Notes: a model not told the origin generated them from the letters alone. Shown: positions 43,876 to 53,929, numbered from the stretch's first letter. The stretch is DNA of 61,056 nt from a bacterium (GCA_015486285.1 WFRX01000097.1:1-61056); one strand, 5' to 3'. Program-made: numbers and translations.

Positions 43876-46356
43876 TCACCGAAACCAGTCCAAGACCTTC
43901 CTGAACAGGCCTTTCCGGGCCCCTTCCCGCCTCCCCTGCCCTGTCGAGCCGGCCGCCGGATGGAGGGGGCAGGGCTCTTGGGGCTCCGTGCCTTCGATAA
44001 AGACCTCGCGGATCGTGTCCGTGCACGACGCGGTCGCCAACAGCCCGCTCAGCCGATCGATCTTCCGAAAAACAACGCCGGGGGGCGGCACAAAATCTTC
44101 TGTGACGAGCCAGGCGGAGGCGCGCCGGATGAAATCGGCCCAAATCGGCAGGGCCGCCTGCGAACCCGTCCGCCCGATACTCCGGGGCTCGTCGAACCCT
44201 ACCCAGACCAGCGCAGCCAGCCGGGGGGTATACCCGGCAAACCAGGCGTCCCGGTAGTCGTTGGTCGTCCCCGTCTTTCCAGCGGCAGGGACGCCGAGCT
44301 TGCCTGCGACCGACCGGGCCGTCCCTCGCTCGATCACCCCTTTCAAAAGGGACGTGATCACATAGGCGACCTGCGGCGAAACAGCCTGTTCGAGTTCCAT
44401 GGGCCTCCTTTCCAGGAGGGCGCCCTCCTTGTCCAGCACCTTCTTGACGGCCCGGGGGCGGGCGAGAACGCCATGATTCGCAAAGGCACCGAAGGCGGAG
44501 GCCATCTCCAGGGGCTCCGTCTCGAAGGCGCCGAGTGCCAGGGAAGGCGCCGGTTCCATGGGAGAGGTGATGCCGAGTCTCCGGGCGGTCTCGATGATCC
44601 GGTCCAGGCCGACACGCTGACTCAGCCAGACGGTCGCAGAGTTCAGCGAATTCTCGAGAGCGGTACGAACCGTCACCCGGCCGTAGAACTGATTGTTGAA
44701 ATTGCGCGGGCTCCAGGTCTTGCCCCCGTACCGGATGTGTATCGGCTCGTCCCGAAGGATGGACGCGGCCGTGAAGGAAGGGCCGCGGCCGTTCCTCTCC
44801 AGGGCCGTTGCATACACGACCGGCTTGAACAGGCTCCCCGGCTGACGGCGGGCCTGGACGACCCGGTTGAACTGGCTCGTCTTGTAGTCCCTGCCCCCGA
44901 CCATGGCGCGAATGAAGCCCGTCTGCGGTTCGATCGCCACCAGGCATGCCTGGAGGACCTGTTTCGGCCCCTTCGGGCCCGTCCGCTTGAGGGACGGCGT
45001 ACTCGCCTCCAGCCTTTTCAGCCCCTTCCGGACGCTCCTCCTGGCTTCGTTTTGCATCTCCACATCGAGGGTCGTAAAGATCCGAAGGCCTTCCGATGTC
45101 AAAATGTCCAACGAGTAATCCTTCTCCAGCTCCTTGACCAGATAGTCCACAAAATACGGGGCGTCGTTGCGCTGCGGCCGAAATGCCCGGACCACCACGG
45201 GCGCCTTCACCGCCTTGTCGTACTGATCCTCGGAGATCATGCCCAATTCCCACATCCTCTTCAGAACGCGGTCCCTCCTCTTCCGGATCTTTGCCACGTC
45301 CTTGTGGGGCGCATAGATGTTCGGGGACCGTATCAGGCCGGCCAGGAAAGCGCTTTCCGGCAAGGTCAACTTCCGGACGGACTTTCCGAAATAGAACTCC
45401 GCGGCCTCTCCGATCCCATAGACGCCCTGCGCCCCTTTCTGGCCGAAGTAGATCTCGTTCAGATATGCCTCGAGGATCTGCTGCTTCGTGTAGTGGAGTT
45501 CCAGGAGCAGGGCCATCAAGGCTTCCTTGATCTTTCGCGAGAGGATCCTCTGGGGGGTCAGGTAGAAATTCTTGACCAGTTGCTGGGTCAGCGTGCTGGC
45601 CCCCTGGACGATTGCCCCGGCCCGTATATCGGCAAGCAAGGCCCTGGCAATGGAGGGAAAGTCGAGGCCGAAATGTTCGTAGAACCGGCAGTCCTCGATG
45701 GCGATCACCGCGTTCTTCGTGTATTCGGGCACCTCGGAAAGGCTCACCAGCTTCCTCTCTTCCCAGACCTGTTCGAACAAGCCGGCGATCAACTCCGGCT
45801 CCAGGTCCACCGAATCGATCTCCTTGCCCGGCGGCTCTCCTCGAAGATCCAGGAGCCGTGTAACCGCACCCTTCGCGGTCTCGATCCGGACGGGAAAGCC
45901 TTCGAATTCCCCGTCCGGGTAACGGAAGTCGTGCAGGTGAATCTCCATGAACCCCTTCCCCACCCGGTACTCCCCCTTGCGCGGAGGCCTTTGCTTCGAC
46001 GACTGGTACCCGAGGCGGCGCAACCGGTTCCTGATGTGGGCCGCCGGGAAGGGGGCCCCGGGATACAGGGAAAAGGTGTCGGAATAGATCTTCGAAGGCA
46101 GTCGCCAGCGTTTCCCCTCGAAACGGCCGACCACCTCCCGGTCCAGGATGAGCAGGTAGCCGCCCCCAACGATCGCGAGCACCAGGGCCAGGACCATCAC
46201 AGCGGTCCAGGACTTCCAGGCTCGGGATCTCGCGGCCGGCGTACGGGACTTCGGCTTTGATTTCTTCGGCTTCTTTCCGGGGGGCTTCCGGGACCGGGTG
46301 CGGGTACCGGGCCGACGCACAGGCGGTCTTCTTGTGGTGCGGGTTTTCGCGCTCAT
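43876..46356 (-). CDS. mrcA: penicillin-binding protein 1A (bifunctional glycosyltransferase/transpeptidase)
   Basis: GT51 motifs (AIEDCRFYEHFG, GASTLTQQLVKN, RKIKEA), transpeptidase SLFK (SxxK), SLN and KTGTT. It has a basic N-terminal tail and a TM anchor. Confidence 0.9.
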   Translation of the reverse strand: MSAKTRTTRRPPVRRPGTRTRSRKPPGKKPKKSKPKSRTPAARSRAWKSWTAVMVLALVLAIVGGGYLLILDREVVGRFEGKRWRLPSKIYSDTFSLYPGAPFPAAHIRNRLRRLGYQSSKQRPPRKGEYRVGKGFMEIHLHDFRYPDGEFEGFPVRIETAKGAVTRLLDLRGEPPGKEIDSVDLEPELIAGLFEQVWEERKLVSLSEVPEYTKNAVIAIEDCRFYEHFGLDFPSIARALLADIRAGAIVQGASTLTQQLVKNFYLTPQRILSRKIKEALMALLLELHYTKQQILEAYLNEIYFGQKGAQGVYGIGEAAEFYFGKSVRKLTLPESAFLAGLIRSPNIYAPHKDVAKIRKRRDRVLKRMWELGMISEDQYDKAVKAPVVVRAFRPQRNDAPYFVDYLVKELEKDYSLDILTSEGLRIFTTLDVEMQNEARRSVRKGLKRLEASTPSLKRTGPKGPKQVLQACLVAIEPQTGFIRAMVGGRDYKTSQFNRVVQARRQPGSLFKPVVYATALERNGRGPSFTAASILRDEPIHIRYGGKTWSPRNFNNQFYGRVTVRTALENSLNSATVWLSQRVGLDRIIETARRLGITSPMEPAPSLALGAFETEPLEMASAFGAFANHGVLARPRAVKKVLDKEGALLERRPMELEQAVSPQVAYVITSLLKGVIERGTARSVAGKLGVPAAGKTGTTNDYRDAWFAGYTPRLAALVWVGFDEPRSIGRTGSQAALPIWADFIRRASAWLVTEDFVPPPGVVFRKIDRLSGLLATASCTDTIREVFIEGTEPQEPCPLHPAAGSTGQGRREGARKGLFRKVLDWFR

Positions 46357-46567
46357 ATCCGGGTCAGACTCGATCGTGATGATTCAGCAGGCCCGCAGGA
46401 ACCGTTCCCCCGCCTTGGGGAACATGCGATCGAGGAGCCGTCGAAGGCTCTCCCCGAGAGGCACGGCGCGGAGACCGAAATACAAGCGTGACGAATGCGC
46501 AACAGATCGGCGGCTGTCTCCGATCCCGGCAAGAAACCCAATGATGAACCCGCTCTTGCTCGAATCT

Positions 46568-47488
46568 CTAGCCGCCCTTGGCCTTTTTCGACTTGGCCAT
46601 GGCGGACTTGAGCTGCTCCAGCTTCCGGGCCGCCAGCTTCGCCTGAGGGGCCTTGGGGTAGGCCTTCAAGAGTTTTTCCATGGCCGCCGCCGCGGCCTGT
46701 AGCTCCTTCATTTTCTCGAGGGCGTATCCCATCTTGAGCAACGCATCGGGTCCCTTGGACCCTTTCGGATACTTCTTGACCACCTGCTGGTACTTGAGGA
46801 TGGCATTCGCGTAATCTTCGGTACGGTAATACGTCTCTCCCGTCCAGAACAGGGCATTGTCGACGAGGGGCGAATCGGGAAAACGCCGGACGAATTGATC
46901 GAAGGCCTTGCGGGCCGCCTCGTTCTCGTTGGCCTTGAAAAGATGATAGGCCATCTCATAGGCATCCTCCGCGCTCAGCGCCTTCTGCGGAGGGGGCGAC
47001 GAGACGGCCGCGGTCTTTTGCCCGCCGCCCGGCGCCGCCGTAACCGACGCCGGTTTCGACGCCCGGCGCCCGGCCGCCGGGGTACTCGCGAGCGGCTTGA
47101 GCCCGAAGTATTCTTCGATCCGGGCAAGGCGTGCCTCGGTCATCTGCATCCGCTGCTGGAGGTTGCTGAGTTGGAGGACGACCGATTCCTCCATCGACCG
47201 GCGGTCCCGTCCCTCCACATCCCGTTCGTGTGTACCGGACGACCACTCACCGCGCAGCGTCTGAATTTCGGTTCGCACATCGATCAGATCCGCTTTGATA
47301 TCGGCCTGATCCCCTCGAACCGCCTCGAGGGATTGATTGACCTTGTCCTCGACGTCCGCCAGGCGCTTGTCGATTTGGTCCGTCGCCACCAGGAGCCTCC
47401 GGACATCCTTCTGATACGGCTGGAATTCCGTCTTTGTCACACAGCCCGATACGAGGCACGCCGCGATCGCCAGGATCGTGTACTTCAT
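46568..47488 (-). CDS. cpoB: Tol-Pal system protein CpoB/YbgF (coiled coil + TPR)
   Basis: Lipoprotein-type signal (LAIAACLVSGC), a coiled-coil N-half and C-terminal YbgF-type TPRs (PDSPLVDNALFWTGETYY..YPKGSKGPDALLKMG). It sits directly after pal. Confidence 0.8.
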   Translation of the reverse strand: MKYTILAIAACLVSGCVTKTEFQPYQKDVRRLLVATDQIDKRLADVEDKVNQSLEAVRGDQADIKADLIDVRTEIQTLRGEWSSGTHERDVEGRDRRSMEESVVLQLSNLQQRMQMTEARLARIEEYFGLKPLASTPAAGRRASKPASVTAAPGGGQKTAAVSSPPPQKALSAEDAYEMAYHLFKANENEAARKAFDQFVRRFPDSPLVDNALFWTGETYYRTEDYANAILKYQQVVKKYPKGSKGPDALLKMGYALEKMKELQAAAAAMEKLLKAYPKAPQAKLAARKLEQLKSAMAKSKKAKGG

Positions 47489-47500
47489 CCGGGAAACCCC

Positions 47501-48067
47501 CTATTTTTTCAGCAGCACAAAATGGCAACGGCGGTTCTTGGCCCAGGCCTCCTCATTGTGTGCCGGATCCAGGGGCCTCTCCTCGCCGTAGCTGACCGTG
47601 CTTACCCGGCCGGCATCCATCCCGAGGCTGACCAGATAGTCCCGGGCCGCGTTGGCCCGCCTCTGGCCCAGGGCCAGGTTGTATTCCACGGTTCCGCGTT
47701 CGTCGCAAAACCCCTCGATGAGGACTTCGGCATTGGGAACGCCCCGCAACACTTCATAGTTCTTTTTCAAAATCAATCGGGCGGCCGGCTGGATGTTGTA
47801 TTTGTCGAAATCGAAATGGATATCCTCGAGCTGGGCTTGAATCTCCTGATGGGTCCCGGCCTGCAGCGTCTCCTCCGAGAGCCCCTGCTCCTCCTCCCCC
47901 GCCGTCCCCGGGGCTTCGCCGCCGACCGGCGTCTCGGCCCCGCCGGGCTCGATCTCCTCAGGCCCCGGGGCCACCTGGCCCTTCTTGGCGCATCCGAAAA
48001 ATCCGAAAAGGGCCATCACGATTACCACACCCATAACGAACTTCCGACGTGGATTTTCGCTGTTCAT
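47501..48067 (-). CDS. pal: peptidoglycan-associated lipoprotein Pal
   Basis: Lipobox FGFFGC and an OmpA_C domain (IHFDFDKYNI..GFCDERGTVEYNLALGQRRA..NRRCHF). Confidence 0.9.
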   Translation of the reverse strand: MNSENPRRKFVMGVVIVMALFGFFGCAKKGQVAPGPEEIEPGGAETPVGGEAPGTAGEEEQGLSEETLQAGTHQEIQAQLEDIHFDFDKYNIQPAARLILKKNYEVLRGVPNAEVLIEGFCDERGTVEYNLALGQRRANAARDYLVSLGMDAGRVSTVSYGEERPLDPAHNEEAWAKNRRCHFVLLKK

Positions 48068-48131
48068 CCTGGTTCCCTTCCATTTTTTCGATGGACAGTC
48101 ACCTCTTGTTCGACTCGAATCTATAACATAA

Positions 48132-48231
48132 GGTGCCCTTGTCTGTCACCTCCAGGTTTGCTTGGGCTCCGTCTCTCCCTCCCCCTACAAAGTCGCCCGG
48201 CACAAACCTGGAGGTGACAGACAAGGGCACC
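48132..48231. repeat. long-hairpin repeat, copy C (29-bp perfect outer stem)
   Basis: GGTGCCCTTGTCTGTCACCTCCAGGTTTG ... CAAACCTGGAGGTGACAGACAAGGGCACC flank CTTGGGCTCCGTCTCTCCCTCCCCCTACAAAGTCGCCCGGCA. It lies in the tolB-pal intergenic region. Confidence 0.85.
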
Positions 48232-48271
48232 AGAGGCCCCTCTCCCTTCCACCCCCCCCGTTGAGTTCGAG

Positions 48272-48315
48272 GGATCATGCAATTTGCTTGGGCTCCGTCG
48301 CCCTCGCCCACGCGT
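48272..48315. repeat. truncated half-copy (E) of the long-hairpin repeat
   Basis: AATTTGCTTGGGCTCCGTCGCCCTCGCCC retains only the left half of the core. It abuts the tolB stop codon. Confidence 0.6.
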
Positions 48316-49749
48316 TCAGCGGCGGGCAGGCGACCAGGCCGGATCCGTCTCGTCACCGGGCCCCCAGGTCAGCCGCCTCACGCCCGTCCCATCCGCCCGC
48401 ATCAGATAGAGGTCGGAAGACCCCTCTCGATTGGAGCTAAAAACAATCAGCCGGCCGTCAGGAGACCAGCTCGGCTTGAGGTGGTCCCCGGCCCCCTCGG
48501 TCAATTGCCTCCTGTCCGTTCCGTCCGAACGAATTCGGAAGATCTGAAAGGCTCCACCCACCCGTGACACATAGGCGATCGCGTCCCCCCTGGGAGACCA
48601 GGCCGGGCCGGCATTGTAGGACCCCTCGAAGGTCAGGCGCATGATCTTCCCATTGTCGGGCTGCAGGATGTACAGATCGGGCCGGCCGGCCCTGTCCGAG
48701 ACGAACACCATGTGCTTACCGTCGGGCGACCAGGACGGAGAAACGTCGATCGCCCAGTTCTTCGTCAGTCTCTGCGGCCTCGTTCCGTCGCCGGCAGGAA
48801 CACGAAACAGCTCCGTATTCCCATCCAGGGAGGCGGAAAAGGCCAGCCATTTCCCGTCCGCCGACCAGGCACCGCCCGAGCACAGGGGAGAAAACCCGGG
48901 AAACATCTGTTTCAACGCCGAAGCGCCCCTCAGATCCAGCAGGTACAGGGCCGGATTTCTCTTCCAGAAGGAGGTGAACACGATCTTCCGGCCGTCCGGA
49001 GACCAGGCCGGAGACAGACAAATGGAATGCAATGCGGTCAGCTTCCTCGGTCCGTTGCCGTCATAATCCATCACATAGAGTTCTTTGGAACCCGTGGCGT
49101 TCGAGATATACGCAATACGCGTATCAAAGGCTCCCGGCACGCCGGTCAGTTCTTTTGTCACCTCGTTGGCGAACCGGTGCGCTACACGCCGGGCCCCGGC
49201 GCTCTCGCTCTTGTACCGTTTCCAAGTCAACAGCTTGCCCGTGAGGACATCCAGCAGCTGGGCTTCCGTCTCGATCTGTCCCCCCTTACAGGTGGTTCGC
49301 AGGAGGATAAGGGCCTCGGCGCCGATCAGGGACCACGCGCGGTAGTCGATCTTCGCCGGGTAGAACTTGACCTGGTCCCTTTCCACGAGAAAGACATCGG
49401 GAGCAAGGGTTCGAAAATAGCCGGACACGTCCAGGTCATTGAGAAGGACTTTCTCGATCACCTCTTCCACCTGTCGATCCGGACACGGGGAGCCCCCGGG
49501 GGCCGCCTTCAGGGTCAGAACGGCCAGCGGCAACCGCCGGGAGCCGGGCGAATCGATATCGATGTACACCTTCGCGAACGCAGAGAGCGGCAACAAGCAG
49601 AGGATCGATAGAGTCAGGGCCGTCCACCGGGGAAAGGCCTTCAGCAGCGAAAAACGTCTTCGCCTCGTTCCTCCGACCTTTGAACTTTTTCCTTTTTCCC
49701 GCAGCCGGGCGTACGACGGATCCATGTTTTTCATCGGCTCGATACGCAT
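48316..49749 (-). CDS. tolB: Tol-Pal system beta-propeller protein TolB
   Basis: Signal peptide, TolB N-domain and repeated WSPDG propeller blades (AWSPDGRKIVF, SWSPDGKHMVF, AWSPRGDAIAY, SWSPDGRLIVF). The start was chosen as the first ATG after the tolA stop (49749); ATGs at 49734 and 49725 are also possible. Confidence 0.9.
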   Translation of the reverse strand: MRIEPMKNMDPSYARLREKGKSSKVGGTRRRRFSLLKAFPRWTALTLSILCLLPLSAFAKVYIDIDSPGSRRLPLAVLTLKAAPGGSPCPDRQVEEVIEKVLLNDLDVSGYFRTLAPDVFLVERDQVKFYPAKIDYRAWSLIGAEALILLRTTCKGGQIETEAQLLDVLTGKLLTWKRYKSESAGARRVAHRFANEVTKELTGVPGAFDTRIAYISNATGSKELYVMDYDGNGPRKLTALHSICLSPAWSPDGRKIVFTSFWKRNPALYLLDLRGASALKQMFPGFSPLCSGGAWSADGKWLAFSASLDGNTELFRVPAGDGTRPQRLTKNWAIDVSPSWSPDGKHMVFVSDRAGRPDLYILQPDNGKIMRLTFEGSYNAGPAWSPRGDAIAYVSRVGGAFQIFRIRSDGTDRRQLTEGAGDHLKPSWSPDGRLIVFSSNREGSSDLYLMRADGTGVRRLTWGPGDETDPAWSPARR

Positions 49750-49754
49750 CCTTT

Positions 49755-50564
49755 CTACGGCGCCTGAGGGGTGGAATGAAAGCGGAGCCCGAGCTCGAAG
49801 TATCGCTTCTTCAACCCGATGGGCGGCGGAGGGAAGGGCGTGGACTTGAGGATCGCCCGCATGACGGACTGATCGAACTGCGGGTTTCCGGAAGACTCTT
49901 CGATATAGGACTTCAAAACCCTTCCGTCCGGAAGCAGGGTGAGGGAAACAACGGTCATAGCCGGCGCTTCCTCGAAATTCATGTCCTGGGGCGGAATCCA
50001 GTTCTCCCGCACGGCGCGCTCCACCTGGTCGTAGTAAGCCTTGTATTCGATCTCTTTCTGCTTTTTTTCCCATGCGGAGGAAGCCTCTCCAGGCGCGCCT
50101 GCCGCCTCCTTTTTCCGGGATCCCGCTTTTTTCTTGATCCGTGCCAGCGCCTCCGCCAGGACCTCGTCCGGGGCAGGCTCCGGCGGCTTCTTCACGGGAG
50201 GAGGCGCCGGTTTCGGCTTCTTTGCCGCCTTCTTCTTTACCGCCTTCTTCGGATGCGTCTTCTTCGGAAGAGGCTTCTCCGTCTTCTTCTTCTTCGGTGC
50301 CGTCTTCTTCTTGGGTAGGACCACCTTTTTCGGCTTTGGTTTCGGCTTCGGCCTTCGGACGGCCGGGCGGGGAGACCGCCTGGCGACCTTTTTCTTCCGG
50401 GCCTTCGCCGGAGCCGCAATCTCCTGCGGCCGGACGAGACGCACATGGTACTGGGGCTTGTAAACGACCCGCGCCCGCCCCGTGCCCGACAGGAGCAGGA
50501 GTGCCAGAAAAAGCGCTGCATGGAGACAGGCCGACAGGATGATCGACCCTCTCAGACTCAACAT
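49755..50564 (-). CDS. tolA: TolA/TonB-family protein (TM anchor, Lys/Pro-rich linker, TonB_C-like domain)
   Basis: N-terminal TM (IILSACLHAALFLALLLL), a KP/KK-rich linker and a C-terminal TonB_C-like fold (VVSLTLLPDGRV..SSGNPQFDQSVMRAI). Its position between tolR and tolB supports the call. The ATG is at 50564. Confidence 0.75.
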   Translation of the reverse strand: MLSLRGSIILSACLHAALFLALLLLSGTGRARVVYKPQYHVRLVRPQEIAAPAKARKKKVARRSPRPAVRRPKPKPKPKKVVLPKKKTAPKKKKTEKPLPKKTHPKKAVKKKAAKKPKPAPPPVKKPPEPAPDEVLAEALARIKKKAGSRKKEAAGAPGEASSAWEKKQKEIEYKAYYDQVERAVRENWIPPQDMNFEEAPAMTVVSLTLLPDGRVLKSYIEESSGNPQFDQSVMRAILKSTPFPPPPIGLKKRYFELGLRFHSTPQAP

Positions 50565-50814
50565 GGACCCTTGTTCCCGTCTTGGCTGTAATGATTCCCT
50601 CCCCGGAGAGCGGGGAAGCCGGCGCTGTTGAGCCGTCCCCGGACGGCCGGGGATCCGCGCCGGGCGCGAAAATCGACGATCAAGGATTGAGATGGGTAGA
50701 ATAGCATACCTGCTCGAGGGGGACACGGCATCCAGGCAAACCGGAGCGAGAACCCGGGCCGCCATTGAGTGGCAAGACTCTCGTGAGACATCGCGATGTT
50801 TTCAAGTCACTCCG

Positions 50815-51231
50815 CTAATCCGGTGACTCTGTGATCAGGCCCATCTGGTCGATTCCCGCGGCCCGGATGACGGCCATGGTCTTCACCACAAACCCGTAAG
50901 GCACGCTCTTGTCCGCCTGGAGGAAGATCTCCTTTCTCTGCTTTCCCTTGTAGACCGCCTCGAGCTTCTTTCCCAGCTCCGACAGGGAGACCTTGTACCG
51001 GTCCACATAGATGGTACGATCCTTGCCGATACTCAGGACAACCTGCTCTTTCGGGACTTCAAGGGTTTGCCGGCTCGACTCCGGGAGATCCACCTTCACC
51101 CCGTACTGGAGCAGGGGCGCCGTAACCATGAAAATGATCAGGAGGACCAGCATCACGTCCACGAAAGGCGTAACGTTGATCTCGCTCAGCAGCGTGTTAT
51201 CCTCGTCTTCGGTTTTCATCCCCTCATCCAC
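50815..51231 (-). CDS. tolR: biopolymer transport protein TolR/ExbD
   Basis: EINVTPFVDVMLVLLIIFMV is the ExbD/TolR TM signature. The start is GTG 51231 or ATG 51219. Confidence 0.85.
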   Translation of the reverse strand: MDEGMKTEDEDNTLLSEINVTPFVDVMLVLLIIFMVTAPLLQYGVKVDLPESSRQTLEVPKEQVVLSIGKDRTIYVDRYKVSLSELGKKLEAVYKGKQRKEIFLQADKSVPYGFVVKTMAVIRAAGIDQMGLITESPD

Positions 51232-51255
51232 GTCGCACCGCCGGCGCCGGCCCCG

Positions 51256-52053
51256 TCAGGCCGTCTTTCGAAGATGCCTCTCGATCGCGTTGATCAAGTC
51301 CGTTGAGAAATTTTCCATTTCCTTCGTAACGACACGAACCCGATGGATGAAGAAGTTGTAGGCCACCACCGCTGGAATGGCGGCAAACAGGCCCATCGCG
51401 GTCGCGATCAATGCCTCGGCGATCCCGGGCGCTACGGTGGCAAGGTTTGCGCTGCCCGAGGCTCCGATACTCCGGAAGGCGGTCATGATGCCCCAGACGG
51501 TTCCGAAAAGCCCGATAAAGGGGGCCGTCGAACCGGTTGTGGCCAGAAATGTCAGGTATTTTTCCAGATGGGTGTTCGCCTTGCTCTTCGCCTTCTGCAT
51601 CGCCCGGGCGACGTTGTCCACACCCCCCATCTTCAAGGGAGCCACGGACGTATCGCCGCCGTCCTGGGAAGAGGGCGATCCGGTGGCGGACAGCAACCTG
51701 GAAAGCTCCCGGTAGCCGGCCTCGAACACCTCGAGCAGCGGGCTGGGCGCGAGATTTTTGGATGCGTGGTAGACCTCCATCAGGCTCGAGGCCTTGGAGA
51801 AGAACTCGGAGAATTCTCCGCCGTTCTGCTGGGCCCTGCGCAGGATGAGATACTTGTAAAAGATGATTCCCCAGCAGACCACGGAAAGCACCACCAGGAG
51901 CAAGAGCACAAGCTTCACCACGGGCCCCGCCTGGAGAAAGGTATCGGCCAGCAGGCTTCCGCCCGCGGCGGTCGAGACTCCCTGCCGCAGGGCCTGATGA
52001 ATCGGCGCTTCGTGCTGCACGGCGGTCTGGGCTGTCACTTGCAGGAAGGTCAT
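51256..52053 (-). CDS. tolQ: MotA/TolQ/ExbB proton-channel protein TolQ
   Basis: Three TM segments and the conserved LATVAPGIAEALIATAMGLFAAIPAV region. The ATG is at 52053; the track start 52077 is TTG. Confidence 0.85.
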   Translation of the reverse strand: MTFLQVTAQTAVQHEAPIHQALRQGVSTAAGGSLLADTFLQAGPVVKLVLLLLVVLSVVCWGIIFYKYLILRRAQQNGGEFSEFFSKASSLMEVYHASKNLAPSPLLEVFEAGYRELSRLLSATGSPSSQDGGDTSVAPLKMGGVDNVARAMQKAKSKANTHLEKYLTFLATTGSTAPFIGLFGTVWGIMTAFRSIGASGSANLATVAPGIAEALIATAMGLFAAIPAVVAYNFFIHRVRVVTKEMENFSTDLINAIERHLRKTA

Positions 52054-52107
52054 ACGGTTTGCTCGTCCCCTTGGCAAGAATCGGGGATTTGTGGTAGAAT
52101 AAGAAGT

Positions 52108-52135
52108 TTGCTTGACCCTGGAAATGAGCTATAAT
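52108..52135 (+). promoter_or_regulatory. candidate sigma-70 promoter (TTGCTT-16-TATAAT) upstream of ffh
   Basis: Perfect -10 hexamer 80 nt upstream of the ffh ATG; the -35 is weak. Confidence 0.4.
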
Positions 52136-52215
52136 ATCGATTCAAAGGCGGGAAGCACCCGCCGAAACCCACAAAACGGGCCGGACCTCGGGTTACGAGC
52201 CCGCAGAACAAGCGC

Positions 52216-53544
52216 ATGTTTGACAACCTCACCGACAAGCTTTCCCTCGTCTTCAAGAAGGTCCGTGGGCACGGGAAGCTCAATGAAAAGAACCTCCAAG
52301 AGGCTCTCCGGGACGTCAGGATGGCTCTTTTGGAGGCGGATGTCAACTATAAGGTGGTCAAGGAATTCACCGGCGCCGTCAAGGCGCGGGCCACCGGCAG
52401 CGAGGTGATGGAAAGCCTCACGCCGGGCCAGCAATTCGTCAAGATCGTACACGAAGAGCTGATTCAGACGATGGGCTCCAAACAGGCGGAGCTGGACCTG
52501 AAGGGACAGAATCCGGCGAGCCTCGTCCTGATCGGGCTCCAGGGTTCGGGCAAGACGACCACCGCGGCCAAGCTCGCGGTCTGGCTTCGGAATACGAAGC
52601 GGAATCCCTACCTGGTGCCGGCGGACGTATATCGTCCCGCGGCCATTGAGCAGCTGACCCGGCTCGGGGAACAGATCCAGGTGCCCGTCCACCCGTCCCG
52701 CGTCGATCAGGACCCGGTGGACATCTGCCGGGAGGCCCGGGAGGAGGCCCGCGCGCAGGGCCGGGACACGCTGATCATCGACACGGCGGGCAGGCTGCAC
52801 ATCGATGAAGAGCTGATGGACGAACTCCGCAGGATCCGCGAAGCGATCCAGCCGTCGGAGATCCTGATGATCGCGGACGCCATGACGGGCCAGGACGCCG
52901 TCAACGTCGCTTCGCGGTTCAACGAATTGCTGGATATCGACGGGGTGATCCTCACCAAGCTCGACGGGGACGCCAGGGGCGGCGCGGCCCTCTCGATACG
53001 CGCCGTGACCGGGAAACCGATCAAGTTCGTCGGCGTGGGAGAAAAAACGAACGCCCTGGAGCCCTTCCATCCGGACCGAATGGCCAACCGGATCCTCGGC
53101 ATGGGGGACATCCTCTCCCTGATCGAAAAGGCGGAGGCCTCCATTGACGAGAAGAAGGCCAGGGAGCTGGAGGAGAAACTCCGCAAGAACAGCTTCACCC
53201 TCGAGGATTTTCAGGATCAGTTGCGCCAGGTTCGCCAGATGGGCCCCCTGGACGAGCTGGTTTCGATGATTCCGGGGTTCAACAAGATGAAGAAGATGCC
53301 GGGCGCTCAGCCCGATGAGCGGGAGCTGGTCAAGATCGAAGCCATCATCAACTCCATGACCCTCAAGGAGCGGCGGGACCACACGATCCTGAACGGGAGC
53401 CGGCGAAAGCGGATCGCCCGGGGAAGCGGCACCTCCGTCCAGGACGTGAACCGGCTTCTCAAGCAGTATGTGCAGGCCAAGCAGATGATGAGGAAAATCC
53501 AGAAAATGGGACCGCGCGGACTGGGAAAATTGTTCATGCAATAG
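52216..53544 (+). CDS. ffh: signal recognition particle protein Ffh
   Basis: N-domain (MFDNLTDKL..), SRP54 GTPase (GLQGSGKTTT, DTAGR, TKLDGD) and a Met-rich M-domain. Confidence 0.95.
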   Translation: MFDNLTDKLSLVFKKVRGHGKLNEKNLQEALRDVRMALLEADVNYKVVKEFTGAVKARATGSEVMESLTPGQQFVKIVHEELIQTMGSKQAELDLKGQNPASLVLIGLQGSGKTTTAAKLAVWLRNTKRNPYLVPADVYRPAAIEQLTRLGEQIQVPVHPSRVDQDPVDICREAREEARAQGRDTLIIDTAGRLHIDEELMDELRRIREAIQPSEILMIADAMTGQDAVNVASRFNELLDIDGVILTKLDGDARGGAALSIRAVTGKPIKFVGVGEKTNALEPFHPDRMANRILGMGDILSLIEKAEASIDEKKARELEEKLRKNSFTLEDFQDQLRQVRQMGPLDELVSMIPGFNKMKKMPGAQPDERELVKIEAIINSMTLKERRDHTILNGSRRKRIARGSGTSVQDVNRLLKQYVQAKQMMRKIQKMGPRGLGKLFMQ

Positions 53545-53575
53545 ATGCAATAGGAATGGAAAGGAGGACCCGAGT

Positions 53576-53839
53576 ATGGCCGTAAGGATTCGCTTGCAGA
53601 GAAGGGGAACCCACAAGAGACCCTTCTATCACATCGTGGTCGCAGACCGCAGGGCCCCCCGGGACGGGAAGTTCATCGAGAAGGTGGGAACCTACAATCC
53701 ACTGACCGACCCGGCGGCGATCACCCTCGAGACGGAACGGTATGACCAGTGGGTTGAAAAGGGGGCGCTGCCCTCCGAGGCCGTGGCCGACATCGTACGC
53801 CGGTTCCGGAAATCGACCCAGGTCGAAGACCAGCCTTGA
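53576..53839 (+). CDS. rpsP: 30S ribosomal protein S16
   Basis: MAVRIRLQRRGTHKRPFYHIVVADRRAPRDGKFIEKVGTYNP is the canonical S16 N-terminus. Confidence 0.95.
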   Translation: MAVRIRLQRRGTHKRPFYHIVVADRRAPRDGKFIEKVGTYNPLTDPAAITLETERYDQWVEKGALPSEAVADIVRRFRKSTQVEDQP

Positions 53840-53929
53840 ACGGCGGGCAAGGGACCGGATCGCAATGGAAGACTCGTCGGACAGCCTCGTGAGAACCCTG
53901 CTTAAGCGAGAGAGAGGAGTGACGAACCT

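Noticed and set aside
40954-46260. Very long plus-strand ORFs (40954-43326, 43567-46260) antisense to lon and mrcA
   Set aside because: The composition is the low-complexity R/P/G/L/H-rich type expected from antisense high-GC frames. The opposite strand encodes unambiguous Lon and PBP1A.
26912-48315. Whether the hairpin repeats could be a CRISPR array or retron msr/msd loci
   Set aside because: The copies are kilobases apart rather than regularly spaced, and there are no cas genes. No reverse transcriptase gene is adjacent to any copy, so neither interpretation fits.
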